64,000 bases of DNA from NCBI RefSeq assembly GCF_018977255.1, contig NW_024704742.1, positions 53,508,001-53,572,000 on the forward strand. Direction: 5' to 3'. A program made the position numbers and the translations under genes. The stretch is from Callorhinchus milii (lineage: Eukaryota). The notes below the pieces were generated by a model that searched no databases, was not told where the DNA came from, and worked only from the letters and a program-made list of their open reading frames with translations. Within the stretch, counting starts at the first letter, position 1, and every line of letters begins with the position of its first letter. This document shows positions 12,891-24,325 of the stretch, one piece after another.

Positions 12891-14089
12891 GACAACTTTC
12901 TTGCTGCTTCTCCTGCTAGTACCACCCTATCTGTTAGAGTTTTGGATCACTTTTAAATCTCAGCACTGTATCGACTTGGCAAAATATCTCAATTCACTTC
13001 ATAGAATGATACTGTAAAATTTAATTTAGTAAAGTTTGTAGGTGCACATGGCAGCCAATTTGCATACAGTAATGTCCCATAAAAAGCCATGAAGTGATTG
13101 ACCTTTTTTTTATCTGAAGGACTGTTGGTCACTTCATGTATGACTTCCTCTGTATGACAGCCACATGTTAATTGTGACATGTGATGTGATAATTGTCATA
13201 TTGATAGGAGGTCCCGCATCCATGTTCTAGTTGGTCATTTTCTTATAAGAACTTCTACTTGTTAACTTCCTAGTTATCCACAACAGATAAACTGCTTGTA
13301 AGAAGTGCCTAAACAAGTCAATTTCCCACGAGGTAGAATATCTGGTGTCTTAAGGTGGTGAACTTAAGAGCTAATCACTGACTGAACCATTATTATCGAA
13401 CCAGACAGCTTGTGTGGCAGAAAAGCCTCATTCATACGTATGAATCAATAGATTAATAAGAAACTATTCACTCCACAAACATGAATTGTTCCAAATTGAT
13501 AATACTTTCCTTATTCATTGGTAAGCAAATTTTCCTTCAGCAAACTGTAAATACGCAATTGTTGACTCTTTCACCTCTGGGTCAGAAGGTATGGTTCAAC
13601 TCCCACATTGGGATTTTGAGCTCACACTACTGGCGGACACTCCTGCATATTGTTGCATTGTCGGATGTGATGTTCTTTGGATGATACATTAAAGATGAAA
13701 TCCAAAAAAGAGCCATCTGATGGTATTCCTTAAAGCACTTCTTAAATAAATTCAGTTATTCTTTAAGGAACACTGCAAATTTTACCCCATATCATGTTGG
13801 ATATAGAGTGGAAAATTTATTTGAAACCCATTTAAAAAGGCACTAAAATATTTTTTCATCTGAAATCTTGGTGATTTTCTTTGTTTTTGTGTTTCATAGT
13901 CATTGCAGTTGTGAAAGTTTATGTTTGAGAGTTTAAAAGAAGAAAATCTCCAAGAGCTAAATTATTTCTGTGTGATTTTCAATGATTTACAGTAATCTGG
14001 TCTGAGCTTTAGTGTCATGTAATCCAATAGATCTTTTGAATCTGACATGTTTGGTAATGGAAGGACTTACATAGTTATAGAGTCATACC

Positions 14090-14390
14090 ATCTTAAACTG
14101 TCTCAGGACGCTTCACAGGTAATTAATGTCCAGGGCGTTTGTTTTCAAGGCAGCCACTTGTGTTAGCAAGTTACTACAAACAGCCATGAAGTGAATGACA
14201 AATTTGAAAGATTCTTGACTAAGACACTGGGAGAAATTCCTTCCTCTTTTTGAATAGTGCCACTGAATCTTTAACGTCCACCTGAAAAATAAGCAGACAT
14301 AGGACCTTTGTTTAATATCGAATCCAAAGGTCAATTCTGACACCATGTCCTTTCACATGGCTTCCCTAGAGTGCTGGCCTAGCTGATATA
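14090..14390 (-). mobile_element. Old DeuSINE-type SINE
   Basis: AAACAGCCATGAAGTGAATGAC...GAATAGTGCCACTGAATCTTTAACGTCCACCTGA. Confidence 0.75.
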
Positions 14391-15454
14391 AATGTGATAG
14401 GTACTCTGGTAGACTTATATCAGCTTGTGCATCCCCACAAGCTATGCCAATCTAAGCCTGGAAATGTGAACTCAACTGCAACACAATTTTTTTTTGGTGT
14501 GTATGAGACAGAAAAAAAGTGGGAAACATGCAGTTTTTGAAGCAGTATCTAGGCCATGCATAATTTTGCATAATTTTCCCAGTGCTTTCGAAGGCTATTA
14601 AAAATTTATGATTGATGACTTTTTGTTCCCATTTCCACAAGTGTATGTTCATCACTATGAGTAAATTAGGGCAGCCTTATGTTATTTACATTGTCACCTC
14701 AGCTAAAGAAAAACCAAACACAACAAAGCAATCACTAGATGTTGTAGTTTTTAGAAATCTAAAGATAAACTAGCATTAAATTAAATAAATAGTACCACAT
14801 TAGCAATCATTTATTCTCTAAATGTTAAAAAGCTCAATATTTGAGAATGTTTCTTGCGAGAATTTAAAGATTGTTGACCACCACATAACGTTCATCTATT
14901 GAGACACACAATCATTTTCAATTTTTTTGGTTGTCTTTCATCCCAAAGCATTGTTCACTGTTTGGATCTGAAAGATTTTAAGGCATTAAAGCCTTCATGG
15001 TTCTAATTAACAAGGAACTCAGTATAAAACAATCTTTCCTTAATTGAACTGCAGATCTCAGCATCTCTGATGAAACCAGTGATTCAAGGTTTGCCATGCA
15101 TCCAATGATAGAGGAGGTGTATTCCTTCACTGAATTTACAGTACAGTAGTGAGCTGATTGTAAAATTGGGTAAGCACTTTTCAACTTAGTTTAAACACTG
15201 CTATAAGCAAAAGGATAATTTGCACAAATAACACTAAGTTAAGGATTCCTATGTTCCTAAATTAAGGTTGTTTTCCAGGTAAATATTGTTCCAACTGTTT
15301 GCGAATCTTTGAATTCAAAATACTGGTTCTCACTTTCAAATCTCTCCATGGTTTTACCCCAACCTACTTCTGTGATCTCCGAAAATCCTACCAACCCGGC
15401 AGCTCCCTTCACTCAGAAAACAGTTGCTTGCTTAATGTCCCTCACACTGTCCAC

Positions 15455-15642
15455 CATGCTTTTACTGTAAAGCATAATGATTGTGTATTTGTAGGCATTA
15501 TGTGAATGACAAATTTGATTTGTAGGATTGTTGGCCAGGACACCTTAAGAAACTCCATTCTCTTTTCAAGTAGTGCTATGGATTCTTTAACATTCACCCG
15601 AACAAGCAGAATGTTAATGTCTCATCAGAAGGACGGCACCTC
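15455..15642 (-). mobile_element. Old DeuSINE-type SINE, split by the L2 at 15643-16393 (resumes 16394-16445)
   Basis: GGATTGTTGGCCAGGACACC...TCTCATCAGAAGGACGGCACCTCC, then CCTCCCAGTATTGTATTGGAGTG after the L2. Confidence 0.7.
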
Positions 15643-16393
15643 CAACAACAACAAGAACTTGCATTTATATAGTGCCCTCCACGCAGGGCCGCATCTTAGA
15701 GCGCTTAAGAGTGACGGAACCTGACTCTGAGCTGGGGGTGGGGAGATGGGGGGAGGTGGTCATAAGCAAGGTCGAAAAGGAAGGTTTTCAGACAAGACTT
15801 GAAAAAGGGGAGGGTGGGGGCAAGGTGAGGCATTGAGGGAGAGTGTTCAGGGTGTTCCAGAGTTTCGGGGCGTAGTGGTTGAAAGCGCGACTTCCAGTGG
15901 TGGAGTGGAGGGTGCGAGGGATAAGCTAGTGCTGATTGGCTAATGCCAATCGAGTGAAGGCGCCTGGATGGTGGATTGGGCAGTGAGGAGGTTGGAGAGG
16001 TAGGGAAGTGCCGGGGGGTGAAGGGATTTGAACACGAGTGTGAGGATCTTGAAGTCGATCCGTTCGGTGATGGGATGCCAGTGGAGCCTGGCCAGAACAA
16101 CAACAAAAACAACTTGGATTTATATAGCGCCCTCCATGCCGGACGGCTTCTCAGAGCGCTTAACTGGTGAGATGTGGGTATGGAGTTTGTTCCGGGTCAG
16201 TAATGCAGGCGGCAGAGTTCTGAATGAGCTGGATTTTTTGAATAGTGGAGCTGAGGAGACCGGCGAGGAGTGCTTTTGAGTATTCCAGGCAGGAGGTGAC
16301 AAACACATGCACGAGGGTTTTGGCTGCATTTGAGGTACCGTACGGTCAGAGGTGGCCAATAAAGCGGAGGTGGAGGAAGGTGGTCTTGGAGAG
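15643..16393 (-). mobile_element. 5'-truncated L2 LINE carrying a second nested L2 tail (~16098-16162)
   Basis: Minus ORF ...PFFKSCLKTFLFDLAY; two (AAC)n TTG.ATTTATATAG tails at 15643 and 16098. Confidence 0.9.
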
Positions 16394-16445
16394 CAGAGCC
16401 TCCCAGTATTGTATTGGAGTGCAACCTTATGAACCCCTATGAGCT

Positions 16446-16735
16446 TCAACAAAAACAACAAACTTACATTGGTAAAGCGCCTTTCACGTCGGCAGGATGT
16501 CCCAAGGCACTGTACAATCAGTGTTTCAGACGCAAGCTGGGGGTAGGGATTGGGAAGGATAGAAGGCAGAGGGTGGGAGGAGGATGATCAAAGGCACAGT
16601 CGAAGAGGAGGGTCTTGCGATGGGTCTTGAAGGAAGCAAGGGAGGGGGAGAGGCGTCTGGACTCAGGATGGAGTTCCAGAGAGTGGGGTCAGAGTGGCTG
16701 AAGCCTTGCTCGCCAATTCCCTTCATGCATCTTGA
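16446..16735 (-). mobile_element. L2 LINE 3' fragment
   Basis: AAAGCGCCTTTCACGTCGGCAGGATGTCCCAAGGCAC tail; minus ORF GFSHSDPTLWNSI. Confidence 0.85.
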
Positions 16736-16966
16736 ACCAACAACCTTCCAATTCAGAGGCATGATTGAATAACGTATTGGTTCAAATGGCTAGTAATTAT
16801 GAATGCACGGGACTTGGCACCTTTTCAGCAAAGATCAACAAGTGCATTTTCCCTCGAAGAATATAAAAGTGACATTGTAGACCGTTTGGAAGTTGCCACT
16901 GTGTCAGAATTTGCCTAACGTTAAATAATCTAATTGCCTGGAGTTTCCTGGTTTCCTTGCCAGTGT

Positions 16967-17246
16967 CTCTCCAAGACCACTTTCCTCCACCTCCGCTTTA
17001 TTGCCCACCTCTGACCGTACGTTACCTCAAATGCAGCCAAAACCCTCGTGCATGTGTTTGTCACCTCCTGCCTGGAATACTCAAAGGCACTCCTCGCCGG
17101 TCTCCCCAGCTCCACTATTCAAAAAATCCAGCTCATTTAGAGCTCTGCCGCCAGCATTACTGACCCGGAACAAACTCCATACCCACATCTCACCAGTTAA
17201 GCGCTCTGAGACGCCGTCCGGCATGGAGGGCGCTATATAAATCCAA
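16967..17246 (+). repeat. Inverted copy (280 bp) of 16114-16393, chimeric L2 piece
   Basis: Hand alignment: 9 mismatches, no indels over 280 bp; ORF track gives near-identical peptides on opposite strands. Confidence 0.95.
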
Positions 17247-18220
17247 TGGTAGACATGAATAGTTAAGTATTTAATCACCTTTAAATAAGGGGCTCTTGTT
17301 GCTATTGACAATGTGGACTTTGGATACTAATTTATTTTCCCTCTATGGCCAATTGAATATCAATACCTTAATTTAGATTTTTTTTACATTAGGTAACATG
17401 GCAACAGGGAAAATCGTGAGGTAAAAGGGATAGATATCTTATGAAACTGACCCTGATGATTGCTCAGAATGCAGAAAGACTTTTGCTATATAAATGAATT
17501 CTCCCAGAGGAAAAGCGGGAATATTTATGACAGAACAAGAGGTAATGAAACAATATGACCAGCTGATGGTTCTGTAGATATATTATTCACTATACAGAAT
17601 CTTTGGATTATATGGTGCTGTACTGCTTGTTCCTTCAAAGCTTACAAAATGCCATATATCTGGGGTTACATAAATAAATAATAATACTTGTATTTGATTT
17701 GGTGCCTTTACTTGTTGAAATGTCTTAAGCCATATCGAACAATAGTAACCCTTGCATTTGCATTCAAAATGCACAATGAGATATGTGGAAGTATAGTGTC
17801 TTTTATAATGTAATCAAGAGTGACGACAGCAAATCAGTAATGAGATGAATAACAGATGCATTTGTTTTATTTTGTGAAGGAATGAAGAAGGATTATTGGC
17901 TACGACACTGCGGGAATTCTTTGCTTTTGTTTGATTTATTATATACGATTTTAAAACCCAACCGAGCAACAACAATAGTCAGATGGGACCTTGGCTTAGC
18001 ATCTCATCTAATGGCTTAACACTTTTTTTTTGTCATGTTCGGTGGTATTTTCAACAAATAAAAATCAGAATGAAAATCTTTCTGTAGAAAGTCCCTCTTT
18101 TGGCAACAATTTCTCTCTACAAAAACTATTGCTTGTATCAGAGAGTGCAACCCTGACATTGGGCAAATTAGGGTCTAAATTCATTATTTGTAATGAGCTC
18201 TATTCATTCTTAGCTTTAAG

Positions 18221-18465
18221 AGGCTTCAGCATGGTTCAGTTAGAAACCCTCTTGCATCTGAGCCAGAAAGTTGTGGTTCAAGCCCCACATTGGGACTTTG
18301 AACTGATGATCTAAGCTGGACCATCAGTATAGCGCTGGGGGGGTACTGCATTTACAGCGGTCCTATCCTTCAGACAAGATGTTAAACTGAGGACTCATCT
18401 GGCTGTTCAGGTGGACTTTAAATATCCAATGGCATTGTTCAAAGATAGAAGGCAATTTCTTGCTA
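18221..18465 (+). mobile_element. Old DeuSINE-type SINE, 5' two thirds
   Basis: TGGTTCAGTTAG (A-box-like), GGTTCAAGCCCCAC (B box), AGATGTTAAACTGAGG, CAGGTGGACTTTAAATATCC. Confidence 0.8.
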
Positions 18466-19465
18466 ATATACAGCGCATGAAATATACAGTGCATCCTTGT
18501 GTGTAAACAAAGTTTTTAAAAAACGTACCGAAGTAATTAAAATAATCCATACATTTGATATAGCGCCCTTCACATCAGGTGGATGTCTCAATGTACTTCA
18601 CAAGATATACAGTAAAATGGAATGTCTGTGTATGTTGTGGGTGAACTAGAGAGCATATAAAGCCATATAAAGCCATAACCATTCTTGTGAACTGCTGCTG
18701 TCTAGTTTGTCAGTAAATATTTTCTATTAACAGTGACACTTACAAGTCTGACTGCTATGTCCCTCTCCACACATTCATTTTTCTGAATGATTTCCAAGGT
18801 GCTCTCAAGTAGATATAACATTCTAAGTACAAATTGAAATTATGATATGAATGAAAAACCTAATAAAACACTATCATAAAATAGAATATAATGAAATTGA
18901 ACCTCTAGACAGAAGATGTTTGCACAGCAACCAAAATAAAATCAGGTATATTAAATTAAATCATATAACATTTAAAGCAAATGGAGCTGGTTGCTCAATG
19001 GCACATGGAAACCGATAAAATAATATATTGCATGAAAAGATCTACATTTGATTTCTGCAGCTTGTTATTAAACTCCAAAAAATATCGATATCAATAAAGT
19101 CAAATGCAGTCTCAGCTTCAGTAATCTAGCAATATTCTGGAACACAGTATCTGCCTTTATAAAATGAAATGTAACATTAAAAATTCCCACAAGATAATGC
19201 TATGGTGATGAAGTTGCACATTCTATGCAGGATGAGAATTACGATAAGGCCATCTGAGAGCTGTAAATCAAATGTTGTTGATGCTTTCTTAACGATAAAG
19301 TTCATAAAGGAAACAGAAAGTATTTGTTACATAATTCGCTTGTTATTGATTCAGAAGTGAAACCGTATGCCATAGACAATTTTAATAGGTACCATGTGAG
19401 CAATGTCATGAAGCACAGACTGCAGCTTTGCAGAAATAGACAAGGGATTTGCGGCTGGGTGTAGT

Positions 19466-19837
19466 ATAATGATAATAACAATAATAGTCCTTCATTTGAT
19501 ATAGCGCCTTATCACATCTTCAAGAGTCTCAAAGCGCTTCACAGAATATACTGTAAAGTGAATTGACTGTATATTTGTGGGCGAACGCGGCAGCCAATTG
19601 CGCACAGCAGTGTCCCACAAACAGTTGTGGATTAAGTGAACAATTTTTTTTAAAAAGGATTTATTTCCCCAGGAAAGGTGATCTGACAATCGACTAATGA
19701 CCAGGTTCCTACTTACTGCTAGGTAAACAGAGGCATGTGGAGTAAGGAAACTTGCCCAATGTTTCGCCCTGGCAGGAATCGAACCCATGTCTCGCTTGCG
19801 AGGCGAATGCTCTAACCACTGAGCTACACAGGACTCC
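19466..19837 (-). mobile_element. Young tRNA-headed SINE, long form, full length
   Basis: Minus strand GGAGTCCTGTGTAGCTCAGTGGTTAGAGC (A box, 19816-19826) and GGTTCGATTCC (B box, 19775-19785); CORE-like TTGGGCAAGTTTCCTTACTCCACATGCCTCTGTTTACC; L2-like tail. Confidence 0.95.
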
Positions 19838-20190
19838 ACTATAGGAGCTTCTACTGAGTATAACTAAGCTTAACTAACACATTCACTGCAAAATAATATT
19901 AACTGACCTGTACAGAGGGACTGCATTCCACTGCTGCTGAAATAGGAAAAATGCAAGGCAAACAGCGCTCAGTACAAACTGATTGACAGTACAAAAGTCC
20001 AGAAAGATCAATAATCATCAAAGGTACTGATAAGAGTTTCAAAAATAAAAGAGAATACAAAACTCCGAAGAGGAACAATGATCAAATTTGGAGACAGCAG
20101 ATGTTTTAAATGGATTTGTGAAGTAGCTTTCATAATTGAACACTAAGACTCAGCAGAGAATGAATGATAAATAAACACGAATAGCCCTCA

Positions 20191-20420
20191 TGGGGAGACA
20201 TTCCACCTGAGTCTAGATTGATTCTAATTCTTTTTAGCGTTTTAGAGGATCCAAAATTTGGCAAATTGTTGTTCAGTCTTAACTTTGAAATTGGTTTTCT
20301 GTAGCTCTTAAAAGAAACTCACAGAAAAATAGATTGAATTTAAGGATTTCTCAAATTCCTTAGATGTTCTGAACAGCTACATAAATTGAGTAATTCTAGA
20401 TCCAAGTGGAGTTTCTCCCA
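20191..20420. mobile_element. MITE-like non-autonomous DNA transposon with imperfect terminal inverted repeats
   Basis: GGGAGACATTCCACCTGAGTCTAGA (20193-20217) vs TCTAGATCCAAGTGGAGTTTCTCCC (20395-20419): 20/25 inverted matches, weaker symmetry continuing inward; no clear TSD. Confidence 0.7.
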
Positions 20421-20560
20421 ACCCAAATAGGATACACCTTGGGATGCTAAAGAAAATGTGAGAGGAAGTTGATGAGACTCTGGTTAATATTATTAGACGC
20501 TTTCTAAACACCGGAGCTGTACCTGAGATAGGACAGGAGGGATAACAAATGTTATGTTAC
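20421..20560 (+). mobile_element. CR1 internal ORF2 fragment
   Basis: Translates PNRIHLGMLKKM*EEVDETLVNIIRRFLNTGAVPE, resembling the CR1 PDxIHPxxLKE...TGxVPxDW region. Confidence 0.55.
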
Positions 20561-20564
20561 TTAA

Positions 20565-20774
20565 ATAGAATAACATAGAGTAATATGGCATGGAAACAGA
20601 CCATTTGGTTCAACCAGTCCTCGCTGGTCCATATACTCAACAACAACAAGAATACTTGCACTTAATGTAGCCCCGTTCACATACTCCATATGAGCCTCAC
20701 CCTATCCTATTCCCTTCTCCTATACCTCTTTATTCCCTTCTCCCTCATGTGTGCATCAAGTTTCCCCTTGAATA
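20565..20774 (-). mobile_element. CR1 3' end, split by the L2 at 20775-22731 (resumes 22739-22870)
   Basis: CATAGAG...GGAAACAGACCATTTGGTTCAACC CR1-type terminus; sequence is continuous across the TTGAATA duplication. Confidence 0.7.
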
Positions 20775-22731
20775 GTTTTCTACTCCAGGATAATCCTGGA
20801 GGCGAAGAACAACCCTAAGCTTCTGTTTTCTACCACATCCTGACTCCTCCGTCTCCCCCACCACCCCGTGCAAGTCATCTCCTCTATCCTTCACTGCGAG
20901 GAGATGCTGGATTTCCTTGAATCCAAAATCAAGGGAATCCGCTCTGCGGTCACTCCCCCTCCAACTTCCACCCACCCCCCACCCCCTCCCTCCCACACTC
21001 CGACTCCTACTCATCCTCCCCTGCACACCTTTGTACCCGTTTCCCCACCCTCTGTCACCAAACTCATCCTGTCCCTGAAACCCACCACCTGCTCCCTTGA
21101 CCCCATCCCAAGTCTACTCCTTATCTCTCAGCTCCACCTCCTTGCCCCACATATCACAGATATCATCAACCTGTCCATCTCCTCTGGCTCTGTTCCCATT
21201 CCCCTAAAAACTGCCATCATCACTCCCACTTTGAAAAAACCCTCCCTTGATGCGTCGCAGCTATCAAGCTACCGGCCCATCTCCAACCTCCCCTTCCTGT
21301 CCAAGGTCCTTGAAAGAGTTGTCGCCTCCCAGCTGCGCTCTTTCCTCTCCACCCATTCATTATTCGAACCCCTTCAGTCGGGTTTCCGTGCTGCCCATAG
21401 CACAGAAACCGCCCTGGTCAAGGTCACCAATGACATCTTGACCATCTGCGACCAGGGCTCCCTCTGCCTCCTCGTCCTCCTCGACCTATCGGCAGCATTC
21501 GATACGGTCGACCACTCTATCCTCCTCCACCGCTTGTCCTCCCACCTCAACCTTCAAGGCCCTGTCCTTGAGTGGTTTAGGTCGTACCTCTCCCACCGTC
21601 TTCATTTTGTTTCCACAAACGGCTTTTCCTCCACCCCCGCACTGTCTCGTGCGGTGTCCCTCAGGGCTCTGTCCTCGGTCCCCTCCTCTTCACCCTCTAT
21701 ATGCTCCCCCTTGGTGACATCATCTGCAGACATGGGGTTAACATCCACATGTATGCGGATGACACCCAACTCTACCTTTCCTCCTCTACCCTCAACTCCA
21801 CGACCACCGATGTCCTGTCCGACATCGAGTCCTGGACGAGAGACAACTTTCTTCAGCTCAACGTGCGTAAAACCAAGGCCCTCCTGATTGGCTCACGTCA
21901 GCGCCTCCACACCTCAGGCGCTGACAGCATCAGCATCCAAGGCTGCACTCTCCACCTCTCAAAGCCGTCAGGAACCTCGGCGTTCTGTTCGACCCTGAGT
22001 TGTCCTTTCTTCCCCACATCCGCACCACAACTGGCACCGCCTTCCATCACCTCCGGAACATTGCCAGACTACGGCACTACCTCACCCCTCACGCTGCTGA
22101 AACTCTGGTCCACGCCTTCATCACCTCAAGGCTGGACTATGGGAACTCTCTCCTCGCCGGCCTTCCCGGCACCTCCCTCCACAAGCTGCAGGTCATTCAG
22201 AACACTGCAGCTCGTGTACTGTCCCGCACCAGGCTTCGTGACCACATCACACCCACCCTCGCTCGCCTCCACTGGCTCCCCATCCCCCAGAGGATCGAAT
22301 TCAAGATCCTCATCCTCGCCTACAAGGCCATTCACGGCCTTGCTTCCTCCTACCTCTCCGACCAACTATCCCCCTATCTACCTGTCCGTACCCTCCGTTC
22401 CTCTGGCTCCGGTCTGCTCCACATCACCTGCCCCAACTGCCCTACCATCAGTGGCCGAGCCTTCAGCCTCTCAGCCCCTAGGCTCTGGAACTCTATCCCT
22501 CAGTGCCTTCGCCGCCTCCTCCCTTTCCTCCTTCAAGGCCGGTCTCAAGACCTTTCTCTTTGACCGTGCCTTCAGCTCCCCTCTCAACTCTCTACCCCTC
22601 CTCGCTCCCTCCCTTCCCTCCCCTCACCATTTCCTCCCTGCTCGGGTCCTGACCCAACTGTCCAGCGCTTTGGGACGTCCTCCCAACGTGAAAGGCGCTC
22701 TATGAATGGAATCTTGTTGTTGTTGTTGTTG
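20775..22731 (+). mobile_element. 5'-truncated L2-clade LINE, most of the RT domain, frameshifted (ORF2 pseudogene)
   Basis: [80 protein letters not shown]; (GTT)n tail; 7-bp TSD TTGAATA at 20768-20774 and 22732-22738. Confidence 0.97.
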
Positions 22732-23089
22732 TTGAATACATTGATGTGTTTTCTTCAATGACATTTTCCGGCAGTGAGTTGCACTATCTCAACACTTTCT
22801 ACATTTAGAAATTCCTACTTAGTTCCCTATTAAACCTACTACTGGTTATCTTTTACTTATGCCCCTTAAACGGAGTGGGATATGAACTTGTACATTATAG
22901 ACCAGTTAGTTGAATAACCGTATTGGGGGCAGCATCTAGAGAGAACCAACGCTATACGAAGTGGTGTAACATGGAATTAGAAGCAATAGATCATGTCTCA
23001 CAAATTAATTAACATTTATTGAGGGGATCATTAAATTAATGGACGTGGATGTAATTGGTATTGTAATGTAGCTGGGATTTCAACATTTC

Positions 23090-23305
23090 CAGAGTTTCAC
23101 CTGGTTTCATCTTGGCCAACAATCCCCCAAATAAAATCGGTCACTCACTTCCACGGTTTGTGGGACATTACTGTTCACAAATTAACTGCAGCAATCTCCT
23201 ACAACATACACAGTCATAACACTTTATATCCCATGAAGCACTTTGCGATATCTTGATGACATGATAAAGCATTATATCAAATGCAAGGGTTATTATAATA
23301 ATTAT
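23090..23305 (+). mobile_element. Old DeuSINE-type SINE, 3' half
   Basis: TTGGCCAACAATCCCC...TTTGTGGGACATTACTG...ATCAAATGCAAGGGTTATTA. Confidence 0.75.
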
Positions 23306-24129
23306 TGTAATTGTTTAGAGTATCAAAAGGCATTTGCCAACAGGGAGGCGTGGCAATGAATGTGGGTGATGGCTGAAGTTATGGGAGGTGGAGTTTTGAA
23401 TCAGTTGGACTTTGTGAATGGTGAAGCATGGAGACAGGCCAGGAGTACATGGAGAAATCGAGTTCCAAAAGTGGATAAGGGTTTCAGCAATGTTGGGTAG
23501 GAGGTATGGTCAGAGGCGAGCCATTTAATATATCCTGGCACAAATTACAGTACAGTTTAATTCTATATTGAAACAAAATATTGAAAATCTTTGAAGTACA
23601 AAGACAAACAAATCTAAAGGATTTACAGTGAGAAATTTCACTTACTGCTTGGTGCAGTCATTTCAATATGAACAATCTTAATGAAATCTTTCCATTACAG
23701 TTGTAAATAGGGGTCTAATTTGTGATAATTGCACTGGGCAATAGAAACTAGGTTATAACCATTGTAGCTAAAACCTTTTAATTTGAAGATTCACAAACTG
23801 TCAAATCTCGAATGCTTAAAAGAAGATCGACCCCAAATTAATCCAAATTGGACGTTATTGTCAAAGATGCTACACGAAGAAGCATGATGGACTGAATGGC
23901 CTTCTTCTGTGCTGTAAATTTCTTTGGTTCTGTGGCTCTAACAGGATTTCAACTCTTTAGATTTGCACAACATTAATTGTAGATTCCTGCTAGAGATTTC
24001 AAAACAAATCTCATTTTGAGGCGGAGTTTGGAGTTTCTGAATTGATCATGAGTTGTGATTTGTGTAGTCCGTACTGAGACTATTACTTGCTTAAAAAGCT
24101 TTGTGTGCAAATTAGATTTAAAAATGCAC

Positions 24130-24325
24130 TCGAGTTCCAGAGAATATTAGGTGCCGGTTGCCAAGACCCAAGATTTGAGGACCTCAGAGTGTGCGTTAGG
24201 GTACTGCTGGAGTCCAACCAGCTAAAACTACATAACCTGCCATTGAATGCACTGTATGGCAAGAGTTCCTGCTGTTTGTCCAGCTAGGAGCACTCTACCC
24301 ATTCGGGCTTTGGCTTACAGGGTTA
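24130..24325 (-). repeat. Family X repeat fragment abutting an L2
   Basis: GGGTACTGCTGGAGTCCAACCAGCTAAAACTAC...GGGCTTTGGCTTACAGGGTTAAC. Confidence 0.75.

Noticed and set aside
19760..19837. tRNA gene
   Set aside because: A and B boxes are present but the sequence runs straight into a SINE body and tail and recurs in several copies.
20868..22705. 339-aa and 334-aa ORFs as a functional reverse transcriptase gene
   Set aside because: 5'-truncated L2 ORF2 without endonuclease domain, frameshifted before GVPQG and twice afterwards; a dead copy.
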